A model generated the notes under the pieces. It had not been told where the DNA came from. It was given only the letters and a program-made list of their open reading frames with translations, and did no database searches. A program made the position numbers and the translations under genes. A stretch of DNA of 63,321 bases, the filler included, from Klebsormidium nitens (taxonomy: Eukaryota; Plantae; Klebsormidiophyceae): assembly GCA_000708835.1 (NCBI GenBank). It is 3 parts of 3 records of this genome, joined end to end, with 100 filler letters (N's around TTAATTAATTAA, not from the genome) between each part and the next. Parts side by side here need not be neighbours in the genome. Positions count along the whole stretch, not along the records: positions 1 to 20,283 come from DF237920.1; 2 more parts are not named here. One strand, written 5' to 3'. Of this stretch, positions 1 through 14,000 are shown in pieces. Every line of letters begins with the position of its first letter. Position 1 is the stretch's first letter.

Positions 1-241
1 GACAGATAAGTCACGTGGTGTAACTGACGGCTAGCAACCTCCAAGGTCTAGGAATTGACGGCTCGCATGTACGCGCCTTGGAGTTGCAAAAGTGTCCCAC
101 CCTCCGAAACCACCAACGCACTGGCGCAAAAAGCACCGGCATGCCCACATTGCTATCTGCATCGCAAAGCTGGTGGCAGAGGCAGTGGCAAGGGCGCTTG
201 AAGTTGGAGGCCCTTCACAAGAGCACCACGGAGTCTCCAAT

Positions 242-2013
242 ATGGACATTGTGTCGCAATTGCAGGACCAGGTCGACCACATTGCGAGCCTCCTCTTCAA
301 CCACGTGGGGACTCTACAAAGAGATGCCCCGCCTGCGTCTTTGGATAAAAGAGCGGCGAAGAAAGAGGTGAGCTTTTTCTGCTGTTGACAGTATTTCGCG
401 CCTATTCCCTCGATCTACGCTTTAATATCCAGCTGGAAAAGCAGATTGCAAGCTCTGCAGCTGCACTCATCAGGAAGAAACAGGTCGGTGACTGCGATTA
501 AGTGCACCGTTAAATTCAGATGACATCATCAGCAACTAGGAATTGGCTGGTGAAGTTTGTGCAAGTGTTCCTATGAATCATGCCAGTCTTTGAGCTTTAG
601 GGGAGATTTGCCAGACAGTCTCTCTATCTGCCCTGACTTTCGGAGACTCCCTGGGGGCCAGGTCTCAGCTCAACAAAGTAGAAGAAATCTCCTTCTGACT
701 CTTTCTCAAGAGGAAGTTTTGATTGCAAACTCACAAATGCAGGGTGCGCCCCATCCTGAGCCGCTGGCCGCAGCGGTGGTGCAAGCGGCACGAGTGGTAA
801 GACTCTTCCCTTGAACAATACTCTTCCTCAGCGTTTCCCTGCTGTTCAATGAGAAGGGTGGTCGCTTTGAACAACCTAATAAGCGGTGTGGCGGCGTTGG
901 GAGCCCCGCTCTGTAACCTGTCAAGGCTAAACGGCTGCCCTTTGCCCTATGATCTAAACCAGGATATAGTTTCCCTGGCTGACTCGGTGGGGTAGTCCGA
1001 GCAAGAATCGGCTGACCACACTGGGTTTTGTTTCCAACTTCGCAGTTAGTTTCACGGAAGGGTGTTCAAGAGGTAGATCCTTGTGGCCACTTCGTGTGAA
1101 TTGCCAAAGTGACAGTGAGCTGTGTTCGAAGAATGGATGCTTGCTAACCTTTTGACCGGCAATCAAAGCTTCTTTTCCATGCGCAGCTTGACGAGCTCAT
1201 AGCGGCATGTCCTGCAACTGCTCAAGGAGAGGAGGCGCAATTGGCTCGCATTGAAGAGCTGCAGGTGAGCTGTCTACCATGAAAATCTAGCACACGGTGT
1301 TGTGATCTTGCTTTGTATACAGGATACATATTTGGGTCTTGACCACAAGAGGCCACTAGGGGGCGCCTGATGACACAGAGTGTGTTTGCTTTTATTGTAG
1401 GTCGTACGACTTCAGCTCTCGTTGTTTCTACAATTTACATTGGACCCGTTGCGAGTTAGTGGCATCGTCTGCCAAGTTCTGATGCGTCTTGTCTTTATTG
1501 CAGAACGAGAGCGATAGGCTGGGGGAAGAAATCCGTGAGGAGCTTGAAGGGGCAGGTGAGGACAAAGATGCCCCGCTTTGATCCTCAAGCTCTTCCTTCA
1601 AAGTATCAGGAGCTTTTCAATTAAATGATCAGTACTATTTGGGCCTGCCCCTAGATGAGCCTCTCAAAAAGCTGTCTGTCTGCTTCTTGGTTCCGGGATT
1701 GAGACTGGGTCACCAATTTGTGCAGCAGAGTTGAGTATCGAGTCCTAGCAGAATTTTGAAAGCGTGAGTCCAAGGGCTTGAATCTGTTGAGGCTCTTAGT
1801 CAGGATATCAGGCGGTCAGTTGCCATTCCTGAGTCTTTACATTTCTTCTTTGCAGAAGCTGACCAAGAGATCGTAGACGCAATGTTCTTATCTCTTGCGG
1901 ATAGTTGTCTTCCAATGGCCAAAAAACCTAATGGAGCAACAGAAACGAGGGTCGTAGATGCGAGTAAACAGATAGACACGCACATGAGTATGGATGAAGA
2001 CTTTCCACCGTGA
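242..2013 (+). CDS. MED21: Mediator subunit 21 (Srb7), 5 exons, about 156 aa
   Basis: Exons 242-370, 743-796, 1187-1264, 1504-1555 and 1856-2013 have GT-AG borders and consistent phases. Spliced protein: MDIVSQLQDQVDHIASLLFNHVGTLQRDAPP...LAAAVVQAARVLDELIAACP...GEEAQLARIEELQNESDRLGEEIREELEGAE...FLSLADSCL. This matches plant MED21 motifs as I recall them. Confidence 0.9.
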
Positions 2014-3038
2014 GAGTTTGCAATACGGGACAGTGCTTAGTATATCAAAGTTGCATAGAAGATTCCAAAGTACATATCAAGATCCGGTATATGTATCTAG
2101 TAAATACTAAGACGTGACACGAATTGCATCATGTGGCCGATCTGACTAACGCCGCGCGCTTGCTGGCCACGTGTCAGCCGCACATATCTACCTAAGATCG
2201 TCGGACGTGCACTGCCGCCATGTACGTGCCAGGGGCATTGGTCACATGTATCATGTGATATGCATCATGCATTGCAAGTGCGCGCCGCGGCACGCTGCAA
2301 CTCATGATGTGCGCGGTCGGCCCCCTAGCTACATGAGCATGATCCAATCTTAGCTGAGCCGCGCCGCCGCGTCGCGCGCGAATTCATGTGGATCCGGATG
2401 CCGCACGTAGCTGCTGCATACTAATATACAGCCCGCGTACCATGTCGTACTACACTCAAGCATATCAGTGTGTGTAGTGCCTCAATACCATGTGATGGAG
2501 TCGCTAAATATGGAGCCTTTAATTAGCTGATTCGCGCCCATGTGTGTCTGCAGTGTGCGACCATCATCATGCATGGCCATGATTATGTAAAAACGCACAA
2601 ATTTCTCAAAATCATTGTGGCGGTCGCCGTCTGCTATAATTGCTATTTTCATTAGGTGGCTAGCTCTTGAGACTCTCTGAAAGTTGTCTTCAGTCTATGA
2701 TTCAAAGATCGATTTGATTATTTGATACCGTAAACTCTTTTGATTGTAGTCACTTCTGGCTAATCGTTAGAAACTTAGATTTTGAGATACTGTCACAGTG
2801 TTGCATGGCTCAGGGCAATGATGATAAGTCACCATCACAGTAATAGCTCTCTGGACGGCATACAAGCATGAGATGCCGTGACAAACTTGAACAACAGAAG
2901 CATAGGAGCGCGCGACAAAATAGAGGGACTTGGCTGTCAAAGGGGCATATCTGCCCCCTATACAGTTTTTAGGCTGGGGTTTCTTAGGGGTCCGACGTCC
3001 AACTGAACGTCCAACCTCGGACCAAGCGACCAAGGTCA

Positions 3039-6000
3039 TTACGCAGGCTGGATTACCGGGGGAAGATCTATAGTGCTCGAGTTCAGGCTAATGCCCCGGA
3101 TGGCACCTTCATGGGATTGCCGCAAGCGGTAAGTCAAGAGAGCAATCACGTCCCAGATCGCGGTTCGACCCTGCAGAGAGACCCAGAATTAGGACCACGA
3201 GCCTGCCAAACCCTTCGCCGCAACAAAGCATAAAACAATGAAAGCGGATTGCAGAGGATGAGGGGGGCGTGTCACACGAGGGGGACGCAAGAAGAAACCC
3301 TCAACTTTTCCTCTTCCTTGAGACGTCTCGTCCTTTCAGCCACGTTCAAGCGACATCCACTTCAGACCTGACATTAGAGAAGTCGAGTCCGGGTACTTCA
3401 TCAAAAGCGGGACTGATTGCTTATGGACAGAGGGCGGCTTTTTCAAGTATGGCAGCCTACCTGCAGAACGAACTGGAACTTGCCCCCCCAGAGCAGGTAG
3501 AAGACGGGGGCCGGGCTCTGTTTCCCGACCAGAACTACCGTCGCCTTCGGCTGCCGCACAAAAGCCCGCAGCTCCGCACTGAGAGGGGGCTGGAGAATGG
3601 CGACGAACTGCTCGGGGTGGCGACTAGGAATGTCGCCCATGAAGAAGAAGCCCCCCTGTCAAAAGATAAGAAGAGGCTCAAGGGGGTTCCGAGCGATGAA
3701 AAAAATCACATGGTAGGAAAGCAGTAAAGCTCAGGGAGAAAGGTTGCATGGGCCGCATTTAGACACTCACCAGACCGGCTGCATCCTTCATCGAAGGATG
3801 CAACTCTCCGATGAATGAACCAAACCCGTAACTCGATTGTTGAGGCTTGCACCGTATCCGAAACCGTCCATTGAGGATGCTGATCATACGTCGAAGCGTT
3901 TTGTGAGGATTTGAAACCCCGGAACCTGACAGGGAGCTTGTAAGACCCCCGAAACCGTAGACTTCGAAGTCCTCACGACCACAAACTTCCTCCGTTCCCG
4001 ACATCTCAATCTACCACAGATCATACAACACAGCAATGTCCTCCAAGCCTAGTATTACTGCGGATCCCGTTGACCCTGAATTCTCACGATTCTTGACAAT
4101 TCGCAAAGCCAAATGATCCAACACCCCAAAAATCCTGGAACCACAACACTTTAACAGCCCGAGGGAGTACACCACAGGAACTCCAGGTCAAGCCCTTCTC
4201 CCTGAAAGAAGTTGCGTCCCACCTGGTGTCCCGGCCCGGTCAGTGGTTCCTGGTGCAGGCTCCACCCGGGGAACTCCAGGAACGCGGTGAAAAGATAGAA
4301 GAGCAGGTGCGCGTCGCTCGGGAGGTTTGCCGCGGCGGTCCACGGCTGCTGGCCCGGGATGACGTCACCCCCGCCGGACCAGTCGAAGCGCCTGACGCAG
4401 GCACCCTCCGCCAGCTCTGTGAGAGGGAGGCGGTAGTAGACTGACTAGCTGAGCGTGAGATTAATTTGAGACCTGGATTCTTCGAAGGAAGCGACTAGAG
4501 GGAGACTCAACTGCCCGAAGTTTAAGAATCTAGATCCTGCTCTGGACTTCCTACATCACAGGGCTTACGGAAGCGCATGTTTTTGAGTGGAAGGGCAAGG
4601 GTTGGTTACCAGGTAAGATGACTTAATTAGACCCCGCTGAAAATTATGAGCAGGTTGCACAAGCGACTGATAACCGAGCGGGCTTGACGCAGTTGACTCC
4701 CATGAAGACAAAAGACACCTTTAAGAGAGTCTCATCCTGGTGACGCCAGAACTGATCGCGAAACACGTAGCGCCGGTCGTCTCTGATAGTCACCTCTAAT
4801 CCGTCGAGCAACGAAGGTTGGCTGCACGGTGGGCAGTGGCAGGACTCTCGGAACCAGCTCCCCCCGAAGGAGCAACCTCAGCCGTTGGTTCTCCGTGACT
4901 GCGTCCAAGCAGGCTTGGATCGACGGCAGGGACGGTCTGCGAGGATCGAGTAAAGACGGAATCAGCGAACCAAACCAAGAGCAGCAGCGGTGGCAAAACT
5001 CTCTCAGTAATCTGAGAATTGGAGCCCGACTGACAGGTGCTTACTGAATACCGTCACACAAGCAGAACAGCAAAGCTTTTCCTCGACCGCTACGAGATTG
5101 TCAATCATCCAGATCTTCCGACCCTGCACTCAAGGGAGAAGAACGACCAAAATTTATAAAGATATCTTGGGCTCTTGTTCCGACAAACTTCGTGGCCCCA
5201 CCCAGATTCCAAACGACTTTGACAGCTGTTCAATGGCCTGCCAGAACTTGTGGAAGGATAACATAAGTTCAGTCGCTCGGAATGGGGAATCCAATGTTCG
5301 ATCCGGTGCCACGAGTCGTGTTCAAACAACGTCACCATTTGGACACTTTAATGCATCCAGGATTCTGTTTCTAACTTCTAACCTGGTCGTGCTTTCAAAC
5401 AGGTCGACTACGATTGCTTCGGGACCAGAGTCAGACGCGCACCGTGAGGTGCTAAACGGGGCCAAGTTTCAAACGAGAGCCACGTTCCCCTTCTACAACT
5501 TCCTGTCAGCAGATCACACGATCGCCGACGCGACTGCCCCCCGACCCTAGTTGCAGACCCACCTCTGCTGCGCTGCCTGCGGCTGCCCGAACATCGTCGT
5601 TGGCGCCGGCGCCGCCGGCTGCATCGCCTTTTTCCTCTCCTCCTCTAGTTTCTCGCCCAGCATCTTGAGCACCGTTTCTTCGCTGGGCGCCGCCGGGACC
5701 GCCAGACTGACGCTCGTGACGGCCGCGGCCGCTTCCACCGCTCGAGAATCGGTACCGAGAGGGGAGAGCGTAACTGGAAGCGACATGTTGAGCGCAGTGC
5801 AGGCGTTCCTGACCTGCAAAGAAAGGAAATCTCTTGAGTCGCAAGGTGGCGTGCTTTCTGTTCTTAACCTGTAAATCAAACCTTGTCTGGAAATCGTACT
5901 TGAGAACTAAACAAGATAGACGCGATTGGACAGTCGTGATCCGGACCTGCAAAGACGGGGGAAGCATCCAAGCGTTGGGGTGCGAGTTGCTGTCCGCCAC

Positions 6001-9000
6001 AGATGGCAGCTATAATGTTGATATAATGCATCCCCACTGCTGATTGGGCAGAAGCTCACAGTAGCTAAGAGCACCTTCGAAAGATCTACGCTTATGTTAA
6101 GAACAAAGTAAGGAATTTGACAAGAGAGCCCAACGCCCCTCACTCTCAAGTAAACTCGCATCCGCAGTTGCAGCGTGAATCCCACAGCTGTCCCTTATCC
6201 CTGCTTCAGTCATTTCTTGCTGCAAAATTCATTTTCATCCGTTTGCGTACAATCTGGTGTATGAGCCAACGAGAAGGTTGCCCAGTCTCTGCTTGTCTAA
6301 ATACGTTCCTTGACAGGCTTGATCAGCTCACAGGATATTGATAGAAACGCAAGAGGTGCTAGGAAGGCAAGGGATATTCCTTACCTTGGAAGGGCTCGCG
6401 TCCATCTTCCGCACAAGCGGCGCCAGTAGCTTCTCTGCGAACCATACCCGCAGCTCGTCCCGCCATGCATCCAGCTCTCTCGACGATATTCCCAACCCCT
6501 TGAGCCGCCGTTCGATCACTTCTGGAGGCATCGGGCTTGGCATTTCGCGGTCAGCCTTAACCCCAATCGTAACCCCGGGTTTCGGTTGCGAGGGGGAAGA
6601 CCGGGTGAATGACCGGCCGCTCGGCGGGAGGGGGGAGGCAGAAAGGGCGGCTTGTGCCCCCTGGAGCGGAGAAGGTGCCGCAAAGGGGTATGGAGATCCG
6701 GGGTATGGGGAGCCAGGTGTGGCTGAGAGGTTCGAAGGCTGGTTATAAGCGGATGGCGGGGTCATAGGATATGCATTACTGAACGACGGGCTGAGCGTGT
6801 ATTGCCCTGGGGCGGTGCCTCCTGGGGACTGGTTGTAAGGGCTCGAATAGGGGCCATATGCGGGCGGCGTTTGAGCTCCGTAAGCGGGGGTGCTAACTGA
6901 GTACGGGGATGGAGTTGGCGATTGATGAGTTGAATACGGGGACTGCTGATAGCTTGCTGCCGCTCCATAAGCATTCGTGCCAGAAGGGCTCGTCCCGACA
7001 GCTCCCCCCACAGGCGACTGCTGGGGCAGTGCCGATAGCGGCGGGGCTGACGGGGCATAAGGTGGCGGACTCGTGGAGAGGTTATATGGGCTGCTTACGG
7101 GGCCGGGCCCTTGCTGCTGGAAACCGGTAGGTTGCGGAGTGGTTTGTGCAGGTGCCCCAAAGATCGGACTCGCAGCCGCAGGAGTTTGCGGGTACATACC
7201 CGTCCCTGGAGCATTCGCTGTAGTACTAACCTGCTCTGCAAAGTACCCGGAACCAGCCCGGGCCCCACCTAGAGAAAAAGTTCCTGGTGACATCGGTCCA
7301 AGGGACTGGAAGCCCGCATCGGAAGTCTGATTGGCTCCTGGTTCCGGAGAGGGACCAAATCGAGGGCTCTGGGGCGTCGGGGTCTCCATCCGACGGTCTA
7401 GATCCGCCAAGAAATCGTCGAGGGCCTCCTCCGACTGCAGGGGAGTGAAACTCCTGTCCCTGACTGAGACTCCCGCTGACCCGCTTGGGTTATTGGTTGG
7501 GGTGACCATATTCTGAGTGGGAGGAGTGACGGGCTGAGTGTTCAAAGGCAACGGAACTGGGGAGAAGGGGCTAGTCGGAACAAACGACGAGGATTCGAAG
7601 GCGGGGGTAGCTTTGCCTGGGAGGGTGCCCCCCCCCGACGAGGTGCCGTCCGTTACCTCCTTTCCTCCGCTGCCCCAGAGTGCTAGCGAACTGCCACCTG
7701 TCGGTTTCTGGATCTCTGGGTGGAGGGGCGCCAAAAACGGGGCTGGGGACTCCGGCTTCGTAGGTGGGGGTTGCGGATTTGGTTCGGTGTCGGAAGCACT
7801 TTGGGGAGGTGCGTCGTCTGCGGCGTTCGACCTTCCCAGCCGGTGGGCTGCGGAAGAAGCCGCATCGTGGAGCACAATCTTGGTCTTTTTGAGCAGGGAG
7901 GATGCTAGGTGGGACGCATGGGAAGGGGTCTCCTTGACCGACTGGACGATATCCGGCAGTTTGGCGAGGGCCTTTGGGGCTTGCTTTGGGAAGAGCAGTG
8001 CTAGCTGTTCGGTGGACAAAAGGGGTTGCTTCTGGCCCATGTTGATGGACTGGTTTCCAGAAGGGGGCGGGGCAGGGACCGAAAAGACAGTGGCAGTGGT
8101 GTAGAGCTTGAGGAAGAAGTAGAGGGAGGCGGCGTAGATGAGGGAGAGGAGGGCGAATGCGATGCGGAAAGCCAGGAGGAGGAGCCCTGCAGAGAACAAG
8201 AGGCAGGGTCGAACCTATAAGATAGAACTGCATAGCCAGCTGGTGTCTTTTTGCTAAGGTTGACGGCACACTCTTAAAAGTTGAGTTGATTGGTGTAACA
8301 GAAAGTGTGGGTTTCGGCCGGGACATCATGACATCCACAAACAAGTTTCTCATTGCGGAAAAGCAAACGAAGCAACGCACACCAAGGAAGAGAGTTTCTC
8401 TGTGAGAATCCTATACCACTTACCAAAATTGGCGGTAGGAGGAGGCCTAAACATGTTATGGAGACATCAAAGTCAAATACTGCCCAATACCTTACCCTCA
8501 TCCAGTCCCTGCCATCCCATGATCTGCATCAGTTCTGAGACGGCTCTACTCCTGTGGAGAGGGGGAGTTGTCAACAACTGTTTGTTTTTGTGCATGCCCC
8601 ATCGATTGTTCCATGTGATGTGGCGCCGTCAACCTGTCTCTGAAAACTTGGACGAAGCACATCCACTCGTACAACCTGGTTCAGATTCGAAGCTCAAATG
8701 TGGTAAGGATGGGCAGGTGATTCTTGACGAGTGGACAGAGATGATATCTTTCCAAGAATCAGCTGCACATTCAAAGTATGTTGCTTTTTGTTGCACTGTT
8801 CAGACCCACCTTGTGCGCAAAAGAGCGAAGACGGAAGGGAAGAGACGCATCAAAAGTAATTCCTTTTCTCTCTCACATCATTTAAACCCCTGGCTCATCA
8901 GACATATGGGCGCATGCAAGGCACCACTTTGTGGTCCCACCGGCCTGACTGCTGCAGCTCTCACATCACTGCCGCTTTTCCATGTCAACCAGATGTGTTA

Positions 9001-9493
9001 AACCCAATTACAAATGTGAAGAACCGAGGGCGAGAAAGAGGCGTTTGAGCTTGCCTGGCAAGCTTCATCATGGTTTCGCCACTGTAAGAAAGCCCCAGCA
9101 GTGCCAAGGAGAGAATCAGCACCACTGCTGACCAGACCACATCTCTGCGCTTTGGTAGCTCACTCCGCGCCTGCAGCGCCTGATACAGAAGGAGTGGAAC
9201 ATATTGAGCAAACCTCTTTCAGAAAATAGTGGGTTGACCAAGACACCATAAATGTGTTGGTCGGGGTCATCGACACTGCTTGCAGATTTAAAGCCACGAA
9301 TCCACACAGCATCAGCGCAAAATGCCTCATGATTAGGCAAAAGAAGATCATTTTTGAAAGAAATATCTGCTATATTTCTTACCTTCTCCACCGTTGGGTG
9401 CTGATATGAAGTGAAACTGCGAGCGGTTCTGGACAGAATGGTGGTGGCAGGTGCAGAACTTCCCACCAGGCCGGGAACAATGGGGACCGCCAT
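3039..9493 (-). CDS. TMEM209: TMEM209 / plant PNET1-like nuclear envelope transmembrane protein, 9 exons, about 1002 aa
   Basis: Exons 9493-9383, 9179-9055, 8551-8496, 8186-6385, 5813-5563, 4936-4794, 4416-4223, 3655-3461 and 3170-3039 are phase-consistent (intron 2 is GC-AG). Motifs: FTSYQHPTVEKAL, two N-terminal TM segments, LDAWRDELRVWFAEKLLAPL, IQACLDAVTENQRL, RRIRELAEGAC, LPSDAHLLFYLFTAFLE, VGKQSPAPVFYLLWGGKFQFVLQGRTAIWD. Confidence 0.88.
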
Positions 9494-11013
9494 GAAGACT
9501 CCCAAAAAGGAATCTGCCTCAGGAAGCTGCAAGCAACTACAGACTACTGCCTCTATTCGTTGCACCCATCGCAAGGTCCTTTTTCAGCAGTTCAAGACCT
9601 TACGATGCACGGAACAAAAAGCATCAGGCCACCAATCCTTCCAGGGGAGCCTGCTACTTCGATTCTCCAAAAGCTTCCGCATTTGTCTTTCTGAAATGGC
9701 AAAGGCGTTTCAGTCTGTTCTGAACCTTGCAGATTGCAACTTTGACAAGCAATTCAATTGATTGCGCCGCAATGAAGTTCCCTTCAAAAGCAGCGAACAT
9801 GTGGAGTGGTGTGAATAAACTAGTCGGGTTTGCAAAGCCTCCTCTGCCGTCAGATATGATTAGTCCCGATCGTCCGATCGGCGATGCGCCGAGATTGCTG
9901 TGATCGCCCTGTCGCGTTGAACCCGGCGATTATCCATCTTCTCGGGGGCACATGCACAGCCTTAGGACTCTCCTGCGTGGTCGGAAGCATGTGAGATCAG
10001 CGGGGCAGATACAACCCGATAAGGTATGATAAAATATATGTATACTTATAGAAGACGGTCAGCTTGGTTATATCGACTCTAGATTTTTGAAAGTATTAAA
10101 TGTGCAATGTTCATGGCCCATCATGGGACATGAAAGAGACCTCTCGGCGCAAATGCGTGCATCTTCATCGTGCACTCTATGCATACGCCGACAGATACGG
10201 ATCATACGACCTTGCTCGTCGATGGTCATGTTACCTGTGCAGTGTGCACGAACGCAGCTCGACATGTGTACACTGCAGTGCGCCAGCTCGCACAAAAGGT
10301 CACACGACCGACGATAGGCGCTCCTGGGCCACGATTCTCTTCCAAACCGGGGCGAGCTGAAACTACCTACCTCTAACCCAATGAGCTTTCCGGAGAAAGT
10401 TTTGCTGGATCCTTGTACGTGTGTTCATAACCAGCATTCAGACCCTACCCACCATACTACTGGGGACCACCATGAAATCGTTAAAAAGTGCAAGGATTCA
10501 ATGCATTATGATTGACAAAGTACTCGGCTTGTGACTCGTGACTCAGAGTCGAAGGGATGGACGACGATCTGTAGTACTACCTACGGTAGTAGTGCAAGTG
10601 GAGCTAGGGAAGACGAGCCCGCAGCTGGGCCGCAGCTTCTGGCTGGCGCAGGTGGCGTCTTGGTACTGCTACATGTGAACATGCTCAGGTGGTGAAGATC
10701 GCTGCCTCTGCTGAAAGAGGGAGCTGGAGGAACGCACAAAAGCTCAGTTGATCGCAGTTTGAGTCGCCGAGGTAGTCTTTCTGGCTTACTCAACTGTGAG
10801 CTTGTTTTTAATTTTCACTCCATCAGCATTTGACTGCAGTCGGAAGGGTGCACCAGCTTTCTCTGGTGGACTTGCAGGAACCACTTCGATTGTGGCGATT
10901 CTCTTCACACCACTGTAAGGATTCTCCAGATTAGGAAAGCGGAGGGACTCGTTCACTACTACATCTGTTGTGAGTGGGCCTGCCGTGTTGAGGCTTTTCC
11001 CGTGCGCCCCAAG

Positions 11014-14000
11014 ATGGCTGAAGCTGCGCAAAAGCATGATGCTGATAGCACTCCAGCAGTGCAGGGGCTGGAAAGTACAGGCCCTCCAAGTGGCAGGATC
11101 ATAAGAAAAGTTAGTCGCAAGAGTTCTATGGCTCGTTTCCGTGGACTGTTCGAGCGTGTGACTCGGGCTCAGTGGACGGCTGATGCTGACATCAAGGTCC
11201 CTGAGACTCACTCCACTAAGGTGGGCGAGGTCCTCCTTTTCTTGTACGTTGTTGCCAAGACTGATGATGTCTTGCAGGACAGACTCCTACTTCTGCTCTA
11301 TTAGCCCCTGCTTTGCCAGACAAAGCTGTGTGTATCATTTGTGGATCGTTCCTTCTATGTTTCCTGTTTGTACCTTCCATTAGCCCCAAGTTGTTACTTC
11401 CATGGTACCGTAGAATGATGTCAGGACCCTCCTGCATTTCACAAGTTTCTGATCCCCAGTATCATGAATGACACTAGGTGCACCATTCAAAGGAACTCTG
11501 ACTGATTTGATTGATCTTTCTAGGTTCTTTCTCCAAGAGTAGTTTTCAGATTTGTTCAGCTTCTTCAAAGCTTGATTGATCATAAGGCCAAACTTTATTG
11601 CACAGCTTCTCAAACAGCATCTAAGAGTGCCCGGTCCGTGATTCGCAGCTTAACATCACTATTACTCCTTAACGTCATTGGTGCACACATCACTCCTTAC
11701 TAGTCCTCATGTTTGTCATGTTCAAGCACACATCACTCCTACTAGTCCTCATGTTTGGTCATGTTCAAGAACCTGTTTGCCGTCGACCTGTCAACATTGC
11801 CTTCCTCAGTAATGTAGCATCATGTGGCAGATCTAGCCTGCCGTTTGCAAGGCAGCTGGTTTGACTCACTGCTATTCCTCCACAGGGAGCTGGCTTGCTT
11901 TGGTTGGCCTTTGGCACGGTGAGTGTAACACACGTATCATAACATTGCGTCCAATTGTTCGCTCAGTTTTCTTTGCTCATACATGCACGATCGCACATCA
12001 CTTCGTATGTTGGTGCTTTTGGTTTGAGTGGTGGCTCTTTGTTGAGTCTTCCTGCCCTTGTAAAGTTCTTCTTGCTTACCTTTTAGGATAGTGGTTCAGA
12101 AGCAGACTGTATTTCATTACCCTGCTGACTCATAGAAGCATTGGATTTGGCTGCAGATTGGGGTTGTGTACGGAGATATTGGTAGGTCACTTTACTTCCT
12201 CTCTTCTAACTGGCTAAACTTTCCATGTTGTCTATGGTGCCAAGAAACTGCAGTAGCAATTGCCTGTGAAACCTCTCCCTGCTATTTTCTCTGCCAGCTG
12301 CTGGAAGTGTTTTACTATTACATAAGTGAAGGGCCTAACCGAGGTTTTGAAGAAAGCAAGTCGTCCAGCTTGCTCTTATATGCGATGCTTTGACCTTGAA
12401 TCTAGAGAGTCGAATTGTTTCTTGTAGGTACGTCGCCCCTCTACGTCTACGCTAGTATCTTTCCAGAGGGACCACCGAGCAACACGGAAGTCATCGGTGC
12501 CATGTCTCTCATCTTCTGGACCATCACTCTGCTACTTCTTGTAAAGTGAGTCTCTGGGGCTGCGCAACCTGATCCGCTGCCGATGCTTACTGGAAGCGCA
12601 TCGATACCGTTCATGCTGCTGATGCAACTTTCCAACAGTATCTTGACCTTCCTTCATCATCATTTCATCATACCCCTAACTCTTGTACTCTTCGCATCGC
12701 GTCCCCTCTGTACGAAGTTGCACAGAGGGCAGTGGACCCTACCTTTTACAAAAGCTTCCTTATCCTCCATCAATGCTGACATTTTGATGGTCTGGCAGGT
12801 ATGCCTTGATCGTGCTCTTTGCGGACGACAATGGGAATGGAGGCACTTTTGCCCTCTACTCCCTGCTAAGGCGGCAAGCGGAAAGGGGTGTCATGGGGCC
12901 TGCTCTTCCATCAGAGTTAGAGCTTTCTCATTATGGTTCTGGGTCGTTTGCCAAGGCCAAGGCGCAAAGCATGCAGAGGGGCTGGCGGCAGAGGGTAGTC
13001 ACGAACGAGACGTTACAGAAGATTGTACGTGTACTGGTTGTGATTGGTGTTGGAGCAATTCTGGGGGACGGGGTCCTTACTCCGGCCATCTCAGGTATGA
13101 TCCTGCTCGAGCCGGCTCTTAAAGGGGTGCAACTGCTCCGTTTTGCCTTTGTTCATTTGGTCGTCAGGATGTCGGGAGTGGGTTCGATCAAACCTGCTCC
13201 TTATTTGCTGTTGAAAGATGAAGAAGGTAGAAGCGGAAGACCAGTTGTGCACAACTGTCTTCGCACACTGTCTTTCGCTTGACAGAATCACACCGGATTG
13301 ACAGATGTTGCATTGATGGCTACTCTGCCTTCTGTCATGCTATCTTAGTGGGTTGAAGAGCTGGGGTTCCTCTTTATCTTCCTCCTGCTGTTGCTTTGCA
13401 GTTGTATCCGCCTGTGAAGGCATTCAGATCGCAGACCCGTCCTTCACCCGAGGGGCCATTGTGGGTTTGGCTATGGCGATTCTGGCCGGCCTCTTTCTCA
13501 TACAACAGTTTGGGACAGCCCTGATGTCAAAAGTATTCTCGCCAGTTGTCATGCTATGGCTGCTTGGGAACGCGGTCATAGGGGTAGTCAACATTGCCAA
13601 GTATGATGCTTCAGTGTTCAAGGCAATCAGCCCCCACTACTTCATGAGGTACTTCATCGATGACGGAAAGACTGCCTGGAAGTCGCTGGGTGGAGTTCTG
13701 CTCTGTGCGACAGGGGTGGAGGCACTCTTTGCGGACCTTGGGCACTTTAACAGGCAATCTGTTCAGGTAGGAGGCCCGACCCTCGTTACTGAGTAGCTGC
13801 GTCTCGACCTGATCTGTTTGCCCTGGTTTAATCTGGTTCTGGATCGTCCTTCCACTGGCACATCATGTCTCTGGCTATCAACGTCTTGTTTCTCGTCCAT
13901 CAGGGGGTGCTAAAACCTTTCTCCGAGTTTGGATGGTGTCACTGAGCACATGTTCTCGTTCCTGTTCCTGCCCTTTCTGGAAGACTTTTTAGTGCTGTGA

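Noticed and set aside
3269-5550. Plus-strand ORFs that first looked like a decayed retroelement
   Set aside because: They are antisense shadows of the TMEM209 exons and introns on the minus strand.
12620-12735. Possible exon echoes in KUP intron 4 (ASPLYEVAQ versus TSPLYVYAS; LTLVLFA versus LIVLFA)
   Set aside because: Too short to distinguish from chance by eye. Worth including in a systematic echo scan.
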